A DNA stretch of 32,000 nucleotides from contig NC_007614.1 in NCBI RefSeq assembly GCF_000196355.1, positions 1,620,001-1,652,000 on the forward strand, written 5' to 3'. A program made the position numbers and the translations under genes. Position 1 is the stretch's first letter, and the number at the start of each line of letters is the position of its first letter. This stretch comes from Nitrosospira multiformis ATCC 25196 (GTDB lineage: Bacteria; Pseudomonadota; Gammaproteobacteria; Burkholderiales; Nitrosomonadaceae). The notes under the pieces were generated by a model. It was given only the letters and a program-made list of their open reading frames with translations, did not search any database and was not told the origin of the DNA. Positions 1 to 9,246 of this stretch are shown here, piece after piece.

Positions 1-728
1 CAAGGCTCGAACAAGAGGGTTACGGCACACGCTCACACCAGGCAGCCGGGGATTCCGCTCCGCAACCAAACCATAACCGGAGTAATTGAGGTGCCGAATT
101 GAGGTAGCAAGACATCTTTTGGCATTGCCTGTGTATGCAAATAACTCACAGGAAGAAGTAAGGGTCGCCGACGAAATTCCTGTGCTATCCTATCGTCAAA
201 ATGGCTCTTAATCGATGATATAAAAACAATCCGGCATAAGCCGTGGAGGCATCATTGTTAAAAAGATGGTTCCCGCTGATAATTCTGGTTATCTTTGCAC
301 TGCTCAGCATCGGGACGCTTAACAGGCTGGCACGCAATATGGCGCAGAAAAGAGATTTCTACAGCGATCCGCTGTGCTGGACGTTTTGGGACAAAACCCA
401 TCAGGGGGCCGTGGAAGTTCGTCATGAAAGAGCGCCTCAGAAACCTGGGATGTCAGGAAAGAGCGCTTTCATGAAAAACGGAACTCTTATCGCACAAACC
501 TGAATATTTTCCCACGTCACCCGGAACCAGAGGCAAGAACAGTATTAAATAACACTTTGCAGTAAGCGCGTACCTGAGGAAGCGCTGCTGAAGTGCGTTC
601 GTCTCGCTACAGCAGGTCATTCAGCCTGTGTTAACTCGCATAAATCGCTCCAGTTATAGCCCCCCTTCCCTTGCAATACCTATAGCCAGGATGCCTTATT
701 CCTGACACTGGGATATCATAGTGTAAGG

Positions 729-2708
729 TTGATGACACCTTCCATGCTCGATATCAATTCCCTTTTCTCTGCTGGGGGCGCTTTAGCCCGGAGTGTGCCA
801 GGTTATATAGTGCGTACGCAGCAGAGGGAAATGGCTCAGGCAATTGCTGATACCATTGCCTCCAGCACGATCCTGATTGCAGAGGCCGGAACGGGCACGG
901 GCAAAACCTTCGCCTATCTGGTGCCCGCCTTGATGACAGGGGGAAAGGTGATTATTTCCACGGGGACAAAGACTCTGCAAGATCAGTTGTTCAACCGTGA
1001 CATTCCAACCGTTCAGAGCGCGCTCAAAATTCCAGTTACCGTGGCCTTGTTGAAGGGACGGGCAAATTACGTTTGTCACTATCATCTCGAGCTTACCTTC
1101 CAGGAAAGCCGACCGGCCCTCGTCAGCCGAGAAGAGGTGAAGTATCTGAACTTGATTGAACGTTATGCCAAGAACAGCAAGAGCGGGGACAAGAGCGGCT
1201 TGAGTGAAGTACCTGAAAATGCCTCAGTCTGGCAGTACGTCACTTCCACCCGCGATAATTGCCTGGGTTCGAACTGTCCGCACTACAAGGATTGTTTTGT
1301 CATCGAAGCACGCAAGCAGGCCCTGTCAGCCGATGTGGTGGTGGTAAACCATCATCTATTCTTTGCCGACGTCATGCTGCGTGATGAAGGACTGTCGGAG
1401 TTGCTCCCCACCTGCAATACAGTGATATTTGACGAGGCTCACCAGTTACCGGAAACAGCCAGCCTCTTCTTTGGGGAATCCGTCAGCACCGGTCAATTGC
1501 TGGAGTTGGCCCGGGACAGCGAGGCTGAAGCACTGGGGAATGCAAAAGATTTTGCTCCCCTCCCCCCTGCTATCGCGGCAATGGAAAAGGCCGCGCGCGA
1601 TTTGCGCTTGACTGTGGAAGGGGAGAACATGCGCATGCCGGTGACTGCAATCAAGGCTAACGCAAAATTTGCCGGCGCGCTGAGCGAATTGCAGGAAAGA
1701 CTGGATAGCCTGATCGATCTGCTCGAAAGCCAAGCTGAGCGCTCGGATGGTCTGGAAAATTGCTGGCAGCGTTCTCGGGAAATCGCCGGCCGTATAAAAC
1801 GCTGGCAAGAACAGGCTGAAGCCGAAGGCTTCGTGCGGTGGGTGGAAGTATTCAGCCAGGCATTGCAACTCAATGCCACCCCGCTTTCCATTGCGGGGAT
1901 ATTCAACAAACAATTGGGCGGCCCTCCACGCGCCTGGATATTTACGTCCGCAACACTTTCAGTCAAGGGCGACTTCTCTCATTATAACGATCAGATGGGG
2001 CTGAATACGGGAACCATCCCTTCGCATTCCATGTGCTGGGAAAGTCCCTTTGATTTTGCCCATCAGGCTTTGCTCTATGTTCCAGCAGGCATTCCGGAAC
2101 CGAACAGCAGCAGATATACGGAAGACGTGGTGAAGGCAGCGCTGCCGGTATTGAAGGCCAGCCGGGGGCGGGCATTTTTCCTGTGCACCAGCCTGCGCGC
2201 GATGCAAAAGACATATGAATTGCTGCTGGAGGCATTCAAGCGGGAAAGACTCGACTACCCTCTGCTGCTGCAAGGCCAAGGTGCGCGCTCCCACATGCTG
2301 GAGCGTTTCCGGAAGATGGGCAATGCAATTCTGATCGGCAGCCAATCCTTCTGGGAGGGCGTGGATGTGCGTGGAGAAGCATTATCCCTGGTGGTGATCG
2401 ACAAACTTCCTTTCGCTCCTCCCGATGACCCGGTGCTTGCCGCACGTATCGACAAAATCAACAAGGAGGGCCGTAATGCCTTCATGGAGTATCAATTGCC
2501 GCACGCTGTGATCAATCTGAAACAAGGAGCTGGCAGGTTGATCCGGGATGAAACCGACCGGGGGGTACTGATGATCTGCGATCCGCGCCTGATCAGCAGG
2601 CCCTATGGCAGAAAAATCTGGCAGAGCCTGCCCCCCATGAAGCGCACACGCAATCTGGCTGAAGTGGAAGCGTTTTTTTCGGCAAATTCCACCTTGACCC
2701 AGGCGTGA
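729..2708 (+). CDS. ATP-dependent DNA helicase, DinG/YoaA (XPD-like) family
   Basis: Walker A-like GTGTGKTFAYLVPAL, DEAH box (IFDEAHQLPET), Cys cluster (YVC...DNCLGSNCPHYKDC) fitting an Fe-S domain, and C-terminal QGAGRLIRDETDRG motif VI. 659-aa uninterrupted ORF. Confidence 0.93.
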   Translation: MMTPSMLDINSLFSAGGALARSVPGYIVRTQQREMAQAIADTIASSTILIAEAGTGTGKTFAYLVPALMTGGKVIISTGTKTLQDQLFNRDIPTVQSALKIPVTVALLKGRANYVCHYHLELTFQESRPALVSREEVKYLNLIERYAKNSKSGDKSGLSEVPENASVWQYVTSTRDNCLGSNCPHYKDCFVIEARKQALSADVVVVNHHLFFADVMLRDEGLSELLPTCNTVIFDEAHQLPETASLFFGESVSTGQLLELARDSEAEALGNAKDFAPLPPAIAAMEKAARDLRLTVEGENMRMPVTAIKANAKFAGALSELQERLDSLIDLLESQAERSDGLENCWQRSREIAGRIKRWQEQAEAEGFVRWVEVFSQALQLNATPLSIAGIFNKQLGGPPRAWIFTSATLSVKGDFSHYNDQMGLNTGTIPSHSMCWESPFDFAHQALLYVPAGIPEPNSSRYTEDVVKAALPVLKASRGRAFFLCTSLRAMQKTYELLLEAFKRERLDYPLLLQGQGARSHMLERFRKMGNAILIGSQSFWEGVDVRGEALSLVVIDKLPFAPPDDPVLAARIDKINKEGRNAFMEYQLPHAVINLKQGAGRLIRDETDRGVLMICDPRLISRPYGRKIWQSLPPMKRTRNLAEVEAFFSANSTLTQA

Positions 2709-3427
2709 AGCACATTTTGCCCGCGCTCCTGGCGGGGTGTATTTTCATGCAGGATGTGCGCGGCGAAAACAACGATGCGTCCGAGAGCTCCCAAAGCCAC
2801 AGACCCGAGCCGATGGTCTTTGACCTGGTCGATCCGCTCGATGCAAAGAAGGGTGAACTCGAGATCAATGCCTTGCTGAATCTTTCGCCGGGGGCGGAGA
2901 TGCTACGCTGGTCGCCCGAGATCGAATACAGCTATATGGATGGTCACTCGATCGAATTGGAACTACCGATCGAGAATGATTTTCTGCAGCAATATAAGGT
3001 TTCTTTGCAAGGTTCTTTCGGTACGCTCGCGCAGGGTCGCATGCTGCATGGCTGGCAGGCTATCGGGCGGCGAAAAAACGATGAAAAAGTGTTCGGGGCG
3101 GAAATCCTCTATTTGAACGATTATAAATTTTCTGACATGTGGAGCATGATGAACATGCTCGGGGTACGGCACACCGCTTTGGGTAAATCCGGTAAGTTCG
3201 TCGGTGTGCTCAATAACAGCCTGTTTTACAGTTATTCAAAACATCTCGCCCTGGGTATAGAGTTGAACAATGAAATAGAAGAACGGCGCTGGCGCTACCG
3301 ATTGACCCCCCAGCTCCAATACGTCTTCAACAAGCACTCGATTATTCAGGTGGGCGGCGGACCGTCGCAGTTGAACACCGAGCGAACCGAGTGGCTGCTG
3401 ACCTCACGTGTCATTTATGACTTCTAA
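2705..3427 (+). CDS. hypothetical secreted or outer-membrane beta-barrel-like protein
   Basis: 240-aa ORF overlapping the helicase stop by 4 nt. N-terminal hydrophobic segment, alternating aromatic/polar strands, terminal aromatic residue (VIYDF). Confidence 0.6.
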   Translation: MKHILPALLAGCIFMQDVRGENNDASESSQSHRPEPMVFDLVDPLDAKKGELEINALLNLSPGAEMLRWSPEIEYSYMDGHSIELELPIENDFLQQYKVSLQGSFGTLAQGRMLHGWQAIGRRKNDEKVFGAEILYLNDYKFSDMWSMMNMLGVRHTALGKSGKFVGVLNNSLFYSYSKHLALGIELNNEIEERRWRYRLTPQLQYVFNKHSIIQVGGGPSQLNTERTEWLLTSRVIYDF

Positions 3428-3608
3428 TCCGGGGATAGCAATCCAATTCCTTTTGCTATTCTGGCACGCGTATCGCGTACCCTCCCCGATTTAAGGCATT
3501 GCAGCACACAGTCGTGCTGGCAGAACCCCCTGTGCGCCAAACGAAGAGGGCCAAGAGAGCCAAAAGGCCACGGATAGAAATGGAGCAAGAACGAAAGAAA
3601 GGGGTTTT

Positions 3609-3842
3609 CTACGAGCGGTCGCGCAGTTCCGTCACCCCTTCTTTCTCTGCGCAATGATTGCAGCAGAACATGGCGCCGCTTTTCTCCAGGCCGTGCCCGA
3701 TGATTCGAACGCCACAGTGCGTGCAGGTAGGCGCAAGCTGGTTAATGGCACATTCAAAACTGTCGAACGTATAGGTTTTATTCGAAACGACTATCTGAAA
3801 AGCTTTATCGTAGTCGTTCCCACATCCATCACATTTCGGCAT
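3609..3842 (-). CDS. small Cys-rich putative zinc-binding protein (metallothionein/Zn-ribbon-like)
   Basis: 77-aa ORF with CDGC, C...CTHC and CCNHC motifs (MPKCDGCGNDYDKAF...TCTHCGVRIIGHG...MFCCNHCAEKEG). Confidence 0.7.
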   Translation of the reverse strand: MPKCDGCGNDYDKAFQIVVSNKTYTFDSFECAINQLAPTCTHCGVRIIGHGLEKSGAMFCCNHCAEKEGVTELRDRS

Positions 3843-4378
3843 ACGCTTCTCCTCTAGGCTGAAAACGAGCCTTCCAGCAGGCCCGCTGCAAGAACTCCGA
3901 AAAAACTTCTATTCCACTGCCTCGCCAGATTGCGCGAATCGTTTGTCCCTTTCGGCTTTTGAAACTTTGAAATGAGGCTGCCGGAATCATTGTAACCCAA
4001 GGTAGAGGAAGAACTTCTCCTGATGGGGGTTGACGGGGACGCGAATCCATCAATCCAGCAACCCGGCTAATTGCTTCCCCAGGACCGCAGACGGGCACAA
4101 ATATACTCCATCTTTGCAGGGCCGGGTGCGCTATCGACTATGGTATCCAGGGAGAGGATCGAGGTACTTTGACGGGGTGGATCAAGCGCCCGCCCTGTTT
4201 GTCATGAAATCCCGGACCATTTGCGACTTTGCGGGGAAGATAGCAATACCCCAAGCGATTCATATAGCTTGAAAAAGTCGAATTTTGTTATATCTTAAAA
4301 GGTACCAGTGGAGGTAATACAGCGCCTTTGCCGGTTCAGATCTGGTTATCGCCGCAGCTTTCTTGAGGAGAGATAAAA

Positions 4379-4996
4379 ATGAAAAAAATTCATGCTGCCG
4401 TTCTTGCTATGGGATTCGTTACTGGTAACGTAAACGCTGCCGATTTTTCTTTTACGGGAAACTTTGAGCATGATGACGAGGTACAGGAGTTTAACTTTAC
4501 CGTGACCGCCCCGATGTCTGACGTTACCTTGCGTACCTGGTCTTACGCGGGAGGGACAAACGCTGCTGGAGCGGAGGTTGCCCGAGGAGGATTCGATCCC
4601 ATCGTTGCATTATTTGACGGATCGGGAAATTTGATTGATCAGAATGATGACAGTGGTCTGGTCCTTGATCCCGTCAGTCTAGCCGCTTATGACTCCCTTC
4701 TGACGCACGCTCTCTCGGCTGGAAACTATACTGCGACCGTCACTCAATACAGCAGCTTTGCCAATGGACCTTTGCTAGCTGATGGCTTCCAGGGCACTTC
4801 CCATACAAACTTCAGTAGCCGTGATTCGCATTGGGCACTGGATATATTGAATGTCAGCTCCGCTTCAATCGGCGCTTCTTATATCTCTGAGACTCCTCCT
4901 ATCCCGGAGCCCGAATCCTATGCTCTGCTGCTGGCGGGGCTCGGCCTTATTACGTTCGTGATGCGGTACTCCTCAAGGAAGCAAATGCCGGCATGA
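4379..4996 (+). CDS. PEP-CTERM sorting domain-containing exported protein (DVUA0089-like)
   Basis: Signal peptide (MKKIHAAVLAMGFVTGNVNAADF), C-terminal PEPESYALLLAGLGLITFVMRYSSRKQ matching the PEP motif, transmembrane helix and basic tail; GAGG-type RBS just upstream. Confidence 0.85.
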   Translation: MKKIHAAVLAMGFVTGNVNAADFSFTGNFEHDDEVQEFNFTVTAPMSDVTLRTWSYAGGTNAAGAEVARGGFDPIVALFDGSGNLIDQNDDSGLVLDPVSLAAYDSLLTHALSAGNYTATVTQYSSFANGPLLADGFQGTSHTNFSSRDSHWALDILNVSSASIGASYISETPPIPEPESYALLLAGLGLITFVMRYSSRKQMPA

Positions 4997-5113
4997 AGTA
5001 GGGGAGGAGTGAAATAATGTGTCTTTTTACTCAATCGCGTGCGCCACCGTACAGAAAAACACAACGGTGACAGCTATAGTGACAGCTCGAAAATAACCAG
5101 AGGAGGTATCAAC

Positions 5114-5416
5114 ATGAGCTATCTGAAACCCGTTCTTACCGCAACGATGCTGGCGCTGGCGCTCGGACTTCCCGCTTGTAAATCCAAACAGGAAGCGGCG
5201 CGGGAACAATCACTGGAACAGAAGGCCGATACAAAGGAAGATAAGGCAGATGTGGTGCGCAAGGAAGGGGAAGCAACTGCGGACAGGATCGAAAGGCAAG
5301 ATCCTGGTATGGATTCCAGGAGCACGGATCGAGCCGCCGACGCTGCACGTGAATCCTCCGAGAATCGCGCCGACCAGTTGGAAGATGAAGCCGATCGCCT
5401 GCGCGAGCAGAAGTAA
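5114..5416 (+). CDS. small putative lipoprotein with highly charged C-terminal region
   Basis: Start placed at MSYLKPVLTATMLALALGLPAC with lipobox-like LPAC, AGGAGG RBS 5-11 nt upstream, then a Lys/Glu/Asp/Arg-rich region. The ORF track extends upstream to 5039. Confidence 0.7.
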   Translation: MSYLKPVLTATMLALALGLPACKSKQEAAREQSLEQKADTKEDKADVVRKEGEATADRIERQDPGMDSRSTDRAADAARESSENRADQLEDEADRLREQK

Positions 5417-5431
5417 TGGTTATAACGGTTG

Positions 5432-5475
5432 GTCCTGGTTAACGGCAATCAGCTGCGGTTAACCAGGGTCATCCT
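5432..5475 (+). terminator. putative intrinsic terminator between convergent genes
   Basis: 10-bp perfect inverted repeat CCTGGTTAAC (5432..5441) / GTTAACCAGG (5456..5465) followed by a T-rich tract, between converging stop codons at 5416 and 5469. Confidence 0.6.
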
Positions 5476-7427
5476 TTTTCGTACAGTTCGGTAATCTGGG
5501 TCGCGAAGCGCTTTTCGATTTCTGAACGTTTCAGTTTCAGAGTGGGTGTCAGCAGGCCGTCTTCCACCTTCCAGGGTTCCTGTGACAGATATACCGCCCG
5601 AATTCGGGCGTATTTGGGGAAACCGCGCAAGGTTGCCTTGATCCTTTTCAAAGCGGCTGCTCGGGTAGCCGAATGGCTCAGAGATTGGACCTCGTCCGTT
5701 TTCAGCCCCAGGCTGGAGGCAAGATTCCGCCATTCCCTCTTGTTCACTACAGCCAGTGCGGTCAAATAAGGTCTTCCTTCGCCAACCACCATTACCTGGT
5801 CAAACAAGGGTTCTTGAACGATAGACATCTCCAGATCTCCCGAGGGCACTTTTTCACCACTGGAAGTGACCAGAATCTCTTTGATTCGTCCGCTGATAAA
5901 TACATGATTGTCAGAAATACGGGCCTGATCACCGGTATGCAGCCACCCCTCTGCATCAATCGCAGCGCGGGTTTCTTCGGGTCTGTTCCAGTAGCCCAGC
6001 ATGACGCCAGGACTTCGGGCCAACAGTTCACGCTGCTCGCCGATACGCAGCTCTACGCCAAGCAATGCGCTCCCCGTTGATCCGGGCATATTATCCTGCA
6101 AGCGATTGGCTGTCAGAATGGGTGAAGCTTCGGTCAGTCCGTACCCTTGCAGAAGCGGCAAACCCAGTCCTATAAAATACCTGGAAACATCCGCATGGAG
6201 CGGGCCACCTCCGCTTACGGCTAGCCGGAGCCTCCCCCCGAATGCGGCCAGCACCTTGGCGGCTACCAATTGACGCAGAATAGGCCACGCAACGCGCTGC
6301 CATAGTCTCTCCTTCCCCTGTGCTTGCACGACGGTGAAGCGTTTCCAGCCAAGTGCAACAGTCCAGTCGAGCAACAACCTGGCAACCCATCCTCTTTCCT
6401 GCACCTGCTGGTTCATTTTATTGCGAATACCTACATAAACCTGCGGCACGGCAACGAATATACCAGGCCGTACGGATTTCAAATCCTCTGGCAAATCTTT
6501 TAGTGAACGGGCATAGGCTACGCTGCTCCCCGCCATGAGAGGAACGTAATAGCTGGCAGTGCGCTCAAGCATATGCGAGAGCGGCAGAAGCGAGAGATAA
6601 ACGTCTTCCGGATAGCCGGATATCGCTTGAAGGGTTGCCTCCGCATTCCAAAGCACATTGAAGTGTGAAAGCATGACACCCTTGGGCTTGCCGGTGGTTC
6701 CAGAAGTGTAAACAAGTGTAGCGAGCGCGTGAGAATCGGAGGGTTGAGAATTACCCTTGTCGCCAGAGTTGCCCCTCTCCTCCTCATCGCTGGCACCCTC
6801 ATCTGCTGCCTTCAGCCATTCACCTACACCCTGTAGCACCCTGCCCTCGCCACCGTCTCCTGACGGATGTTCAACGCATAGTATCTTGCCTAATCCGGCA
6901 TCCTTGCATCGGGAGGCCAGTGTTTCCCAACGCTTTTGAGTGCCCACCAGAAGTAACCGGCTGCCGGAATCCTCGAGAATGTAGGCAATGTTATCTGGCG
7001 CATCGGAGGGATAAAGAGGCACCACCACGAGCCCGACAGCGAGTGCCGCCTGATCAAAGCAGACCCATTCAATGGAATTGCGTAGCAGGATTGCGACACG
7101 ATCACCCGCTTCGAGATTCTCCCGCATCAAAGCGCGCTTCCAGCGCCTCACCCGCGTACCCATTTCCTGCCAGTTGTATTCCCGCCATTCCCCGCTCTCG
7201 ACATCAAATTGCCGGTACGCGATCGCTTGTGGGGTACGCTTGATTCGAATGGAAAAGAGTCCTGCCAGTGTCTGAGCCTCTCCGCATGAAATGATATCTG
7301 TCTTCCGCTTCTGCCCCATCTGCATGGCTCCATGTATCTTGAAATCAATCATCAATCCTAGCGTGAGACTTATGGTTTTGCTGCCTTCACCCTTCTTCTC
7401 AGTCACGGGTGGTCCCCTTTTCATCAT
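5469..7427 (-). CDS. AMP-forming long-chain acyl-CoA synthetase/ligase (FadD15-like)
   Basis: Signature TLVYTSGTTGKPKGVMLSH, YGLTEASP, GWLHTGD and ISGRIKEILVTSSGEKV motifs. Real start may be an internal Met (e.g. MQMGQKRK). Confidence 0.93.
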   Translation of the reverse strand: MMKRGPPVTEKKGEGSKTISLTLGLMIDFKIHGAMQMGQKRKTDIISCGEAQTLAGLFSIRIKRTPQAIAYRQFDVESGEWREYNWQEMGTRVRRWKRALMRENLEAGDRVAILLRNSIEWVCFDQAALAVGLVVVPLYPSDAPDNIAYILEDSGSRLLLVGTQKRWETLASRCKDAGLGKILCVEHPSGDGGEGRVLQGVGEWLKAADEGASDEEERGNSGDKGNSQPSDSHALATLVYTSGTTGKPKGVMLSHFNVLWNAEATLQAISGYPEDVYLSLLPLSHMLERTASYYVPLMAGSSVAYARSLKDLPEDLKSVRPGIFVAVPQVYVGIRNKMNQQVQERGWVARLLLDWTVALGWKRFTVVQAQGKERLWQRVAWPILRQLVAAKVLAAFGGRLRLAVSGGGPLHADVSRYFIGLGLPLLQGYGLTEASPILTANRLQDNMPGSTGSALLGVELRIGEQRELLARSPGVMLGYWNRPEETRAAIDAEGWLHTGDQARISDNHVFISGRIKEILVTSSGEKVPSGDLEMSIVQEPLFDQVMVVGEGRPYLTALAVVNKREWRNLASSLGLKTDEVQSLSHSATRAAALKRIKATLRGFPKYARIRAVYLSQEPWKVEDGLLTPTLKLKRSEIEKRFATQITELYEKG

Positions 7428-8157
7428 AGATTAGACTATGCGCGGAAGACCATTTTGCCCAGAGTTGTAGTACTAGGCCAAATGATGGCGGGTCATATAT
7501 CCCATACAAGCGATATTCGCATCTTTCGTTAAGCCAATCTCCTGATCTTGCCGAAGCGGCCCGGCTGAGCATCCGTCCGACCCCGAAGACAGGCCCTGTC
7601 GCTCAGGAAATGCTTGCCGCTCGTTCAGAGCTCCTTCGATCCTTCGAACAGATTCAGGATCAGGGCGGGAGATGAAGTGCCCAGGATGACAGCAACGAAG
7701 GGTTTAGAGAGAAGGAAAGAAGAGATCGAACGAGTGGAGAAATATACCCCCACTCCTCTTAGCCTCAAAAAAGCTGCAAGGAATGCTCGCTCTTCCATAG
7801 CCCTGGATCATTTTTGCTTGAGCAGTCTTGCGAGGGGACGGTATAACAGCCATCAGACCCAGGAGCAATCAATCGTATCCTTAGCAATATTGGTCAAGTT
7901 TCCAGTATTTTTTATGTCACCATACTCTTTCACCGGACGATGAAGCCAACGAGGGTCGGGCTCGTGAAGACAGGGAAAACAAAACCAAGGCTGATAATCA
8001 GGACTGCCGCCAATCAAGCGCTGGATTTTAGAGCCATGGATAATTTTCATGATTTTCTTTCCGTAAGAGATTATTTTTAGAGATTCGGGGCTCCGAATTT
8101 GATGAAAGCATGCCGAATCGGTATCTGACAGTGCCAGATTAAACCTTAACTCTAATA

Positions 8158-8189
8158 ATGAAGATGGACGTTTAAACGTCCATCTTCAT
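8158..8189. terminator. perfect 32-nt palindrome, possible terminator of the minus-strand gene 8212..9024
   Basis: ATGAAGATGGACGTTTAAACGTCCATCTTCAT is its own reverse complement and lies 22 nt beyond the stop of the minus-strand gene. No strong U tract. Confidence 0.45.
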
Positions 8190-8211
8190 CTGGCGAGACC
8201 TTCGAGTTTAT

Positions 8212-9024
8212 TCAAAGAACAGGGATATATTCCGCGATACCTTCAAGGTTCACAGCCTCGTACGTGAGCTGGGCTCCAGGGTGATCTACGACAAAGCCAC
8301 GGCTGTGAATCAGGATGCCCATTGTCTTGAAGTTCTGCCGCAACTCTTCTCCCAGCTCAACCGGCGGCAGAATCAGGGCGAAATCCATAGAAGGTTCATC
8401 CGCAGCCCCGGACCTGAAATTTACTGAGACAAGCGTTCCCGCTACTGTTTGCTGCTGAGTAATTTGCGACCCGCGAAATACGAAATGGCCTTCCGGGCCG
8501 GTATATTCGAGGGAGGCCTCTTGTGGCTTTTCTTTCGCACCCAACGGACCCGATGCTTGAGGAAAAAAAACGACGCGTTTTACACTTTCCTGATCAACAA
8601 ATGTAAAACGACTGGGATTTCTCTTCGGGTGCTGGGAATTGCTCAGTTTGGGATTTCTCTCCGGGCGTTCGGAATTGCCCAAGCCGGGATTTCTCTCCGA
8701 GTGTTCGGAATTGTCCAGCAGTGCCTTTTTTGAATCGCGTTTGACGTGTATCCGAACCCCCTTGGCACCGGGAGGCAAGGGGTCCCAGAGGTGAACGACA
8801 CCGATAGGTGTAATTGCGTGTGTGGCGGGTTCTTGAGGTGGATCAGCGACAAAATCAAAATCATAAATGCCGTCGGGCGGCGGCTGAATGAAGGCAAAAG
8901 GTTCTAACCGCGGATTTTTCCAACCCTCGCCAGGTATATTCCCCGAGGCGGTGATTCGCAATTTTGGTGGATGATTTTCCAGAACAAATAGGTCAACATC
9001 AAGAACTTCCAGAACTTTTTCCAT
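8212..9024 (-). CDS. hypothetical protein with internal 12-aa repeats
   Basis: 270-aa ORF; three in-frame 12-residue units (NSEHSERNPGLG / NSERPERNPKLS / NSQHPKRNPSRF). No family recognised. Confidence 0.65.
   Translation of the reverse strand: MEKVLEVLDVDLFVLENHPPKLRITASGNIPGEGWKNPRLEPFAFIQPPPDGIYDFDFVADPPQEPATHAITPIGVVHLWDPLPPGAKGVRIHVKRDSKKALLDNSEHSERNPGLGNSERPERNPKLSNSQHPKRNPSRFTFVDQESVKRVVFFPQASGPLGAKEKPQEASLEYTGPEGHFVFRGSQITQQQTVAGTLVSVNFRSGAADEPSMDFALILPPVELGEELRQNFKTMGILIHSRGFVVDHPGAQLTYEAVNLEGIAEYIPVL
8614..8721 (-). repeat. 36-nt x 3 in-frame tandem repeat
   Basis: Units beginning gggatttctct at 8614, 8650 and 8686, each 36 nt and mostly conserved. Confidence 0.8.
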
Positions 9025-9246
9025 TTTCGACTTCCCCCGTCATTTGAAATGAGTGGAGCGCTCTGCGGTAGCAATGCCTTGCGGTTTTGCCATTGCCCTT
9101 CTTTATAGCCGAGGAAAGTAAAATAACAACCACATTCACATTGTCTGTATAACCTTCCCAGAACAATGCACACCGGAAGGGCGGAGACCATACTCGAAGG
9201 GGAAAAAATGTTCTGCTTGCAGTGCCTGCAGCTTCCTGATCTCGGG

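Noticed and set aside
243-503. 86-aa ORF with N-terminal hydrophobic segment
   Set aside because: Short, no recognised family and unclear RBS; could be real but insufficient support to list as a CDS.
3829-4272. Overlapping ORFs on both strands upstream of the PEP-CTERM gene
   Set aside because: Both are short, mutually overlapping and without recognisable motifs; probably non-coding or decayed sequence.
8614-8721. CRISPR array
   Set aside because: Units are directly abutting, in-frame and coding, with no unique spacers and no cas genes in the window.
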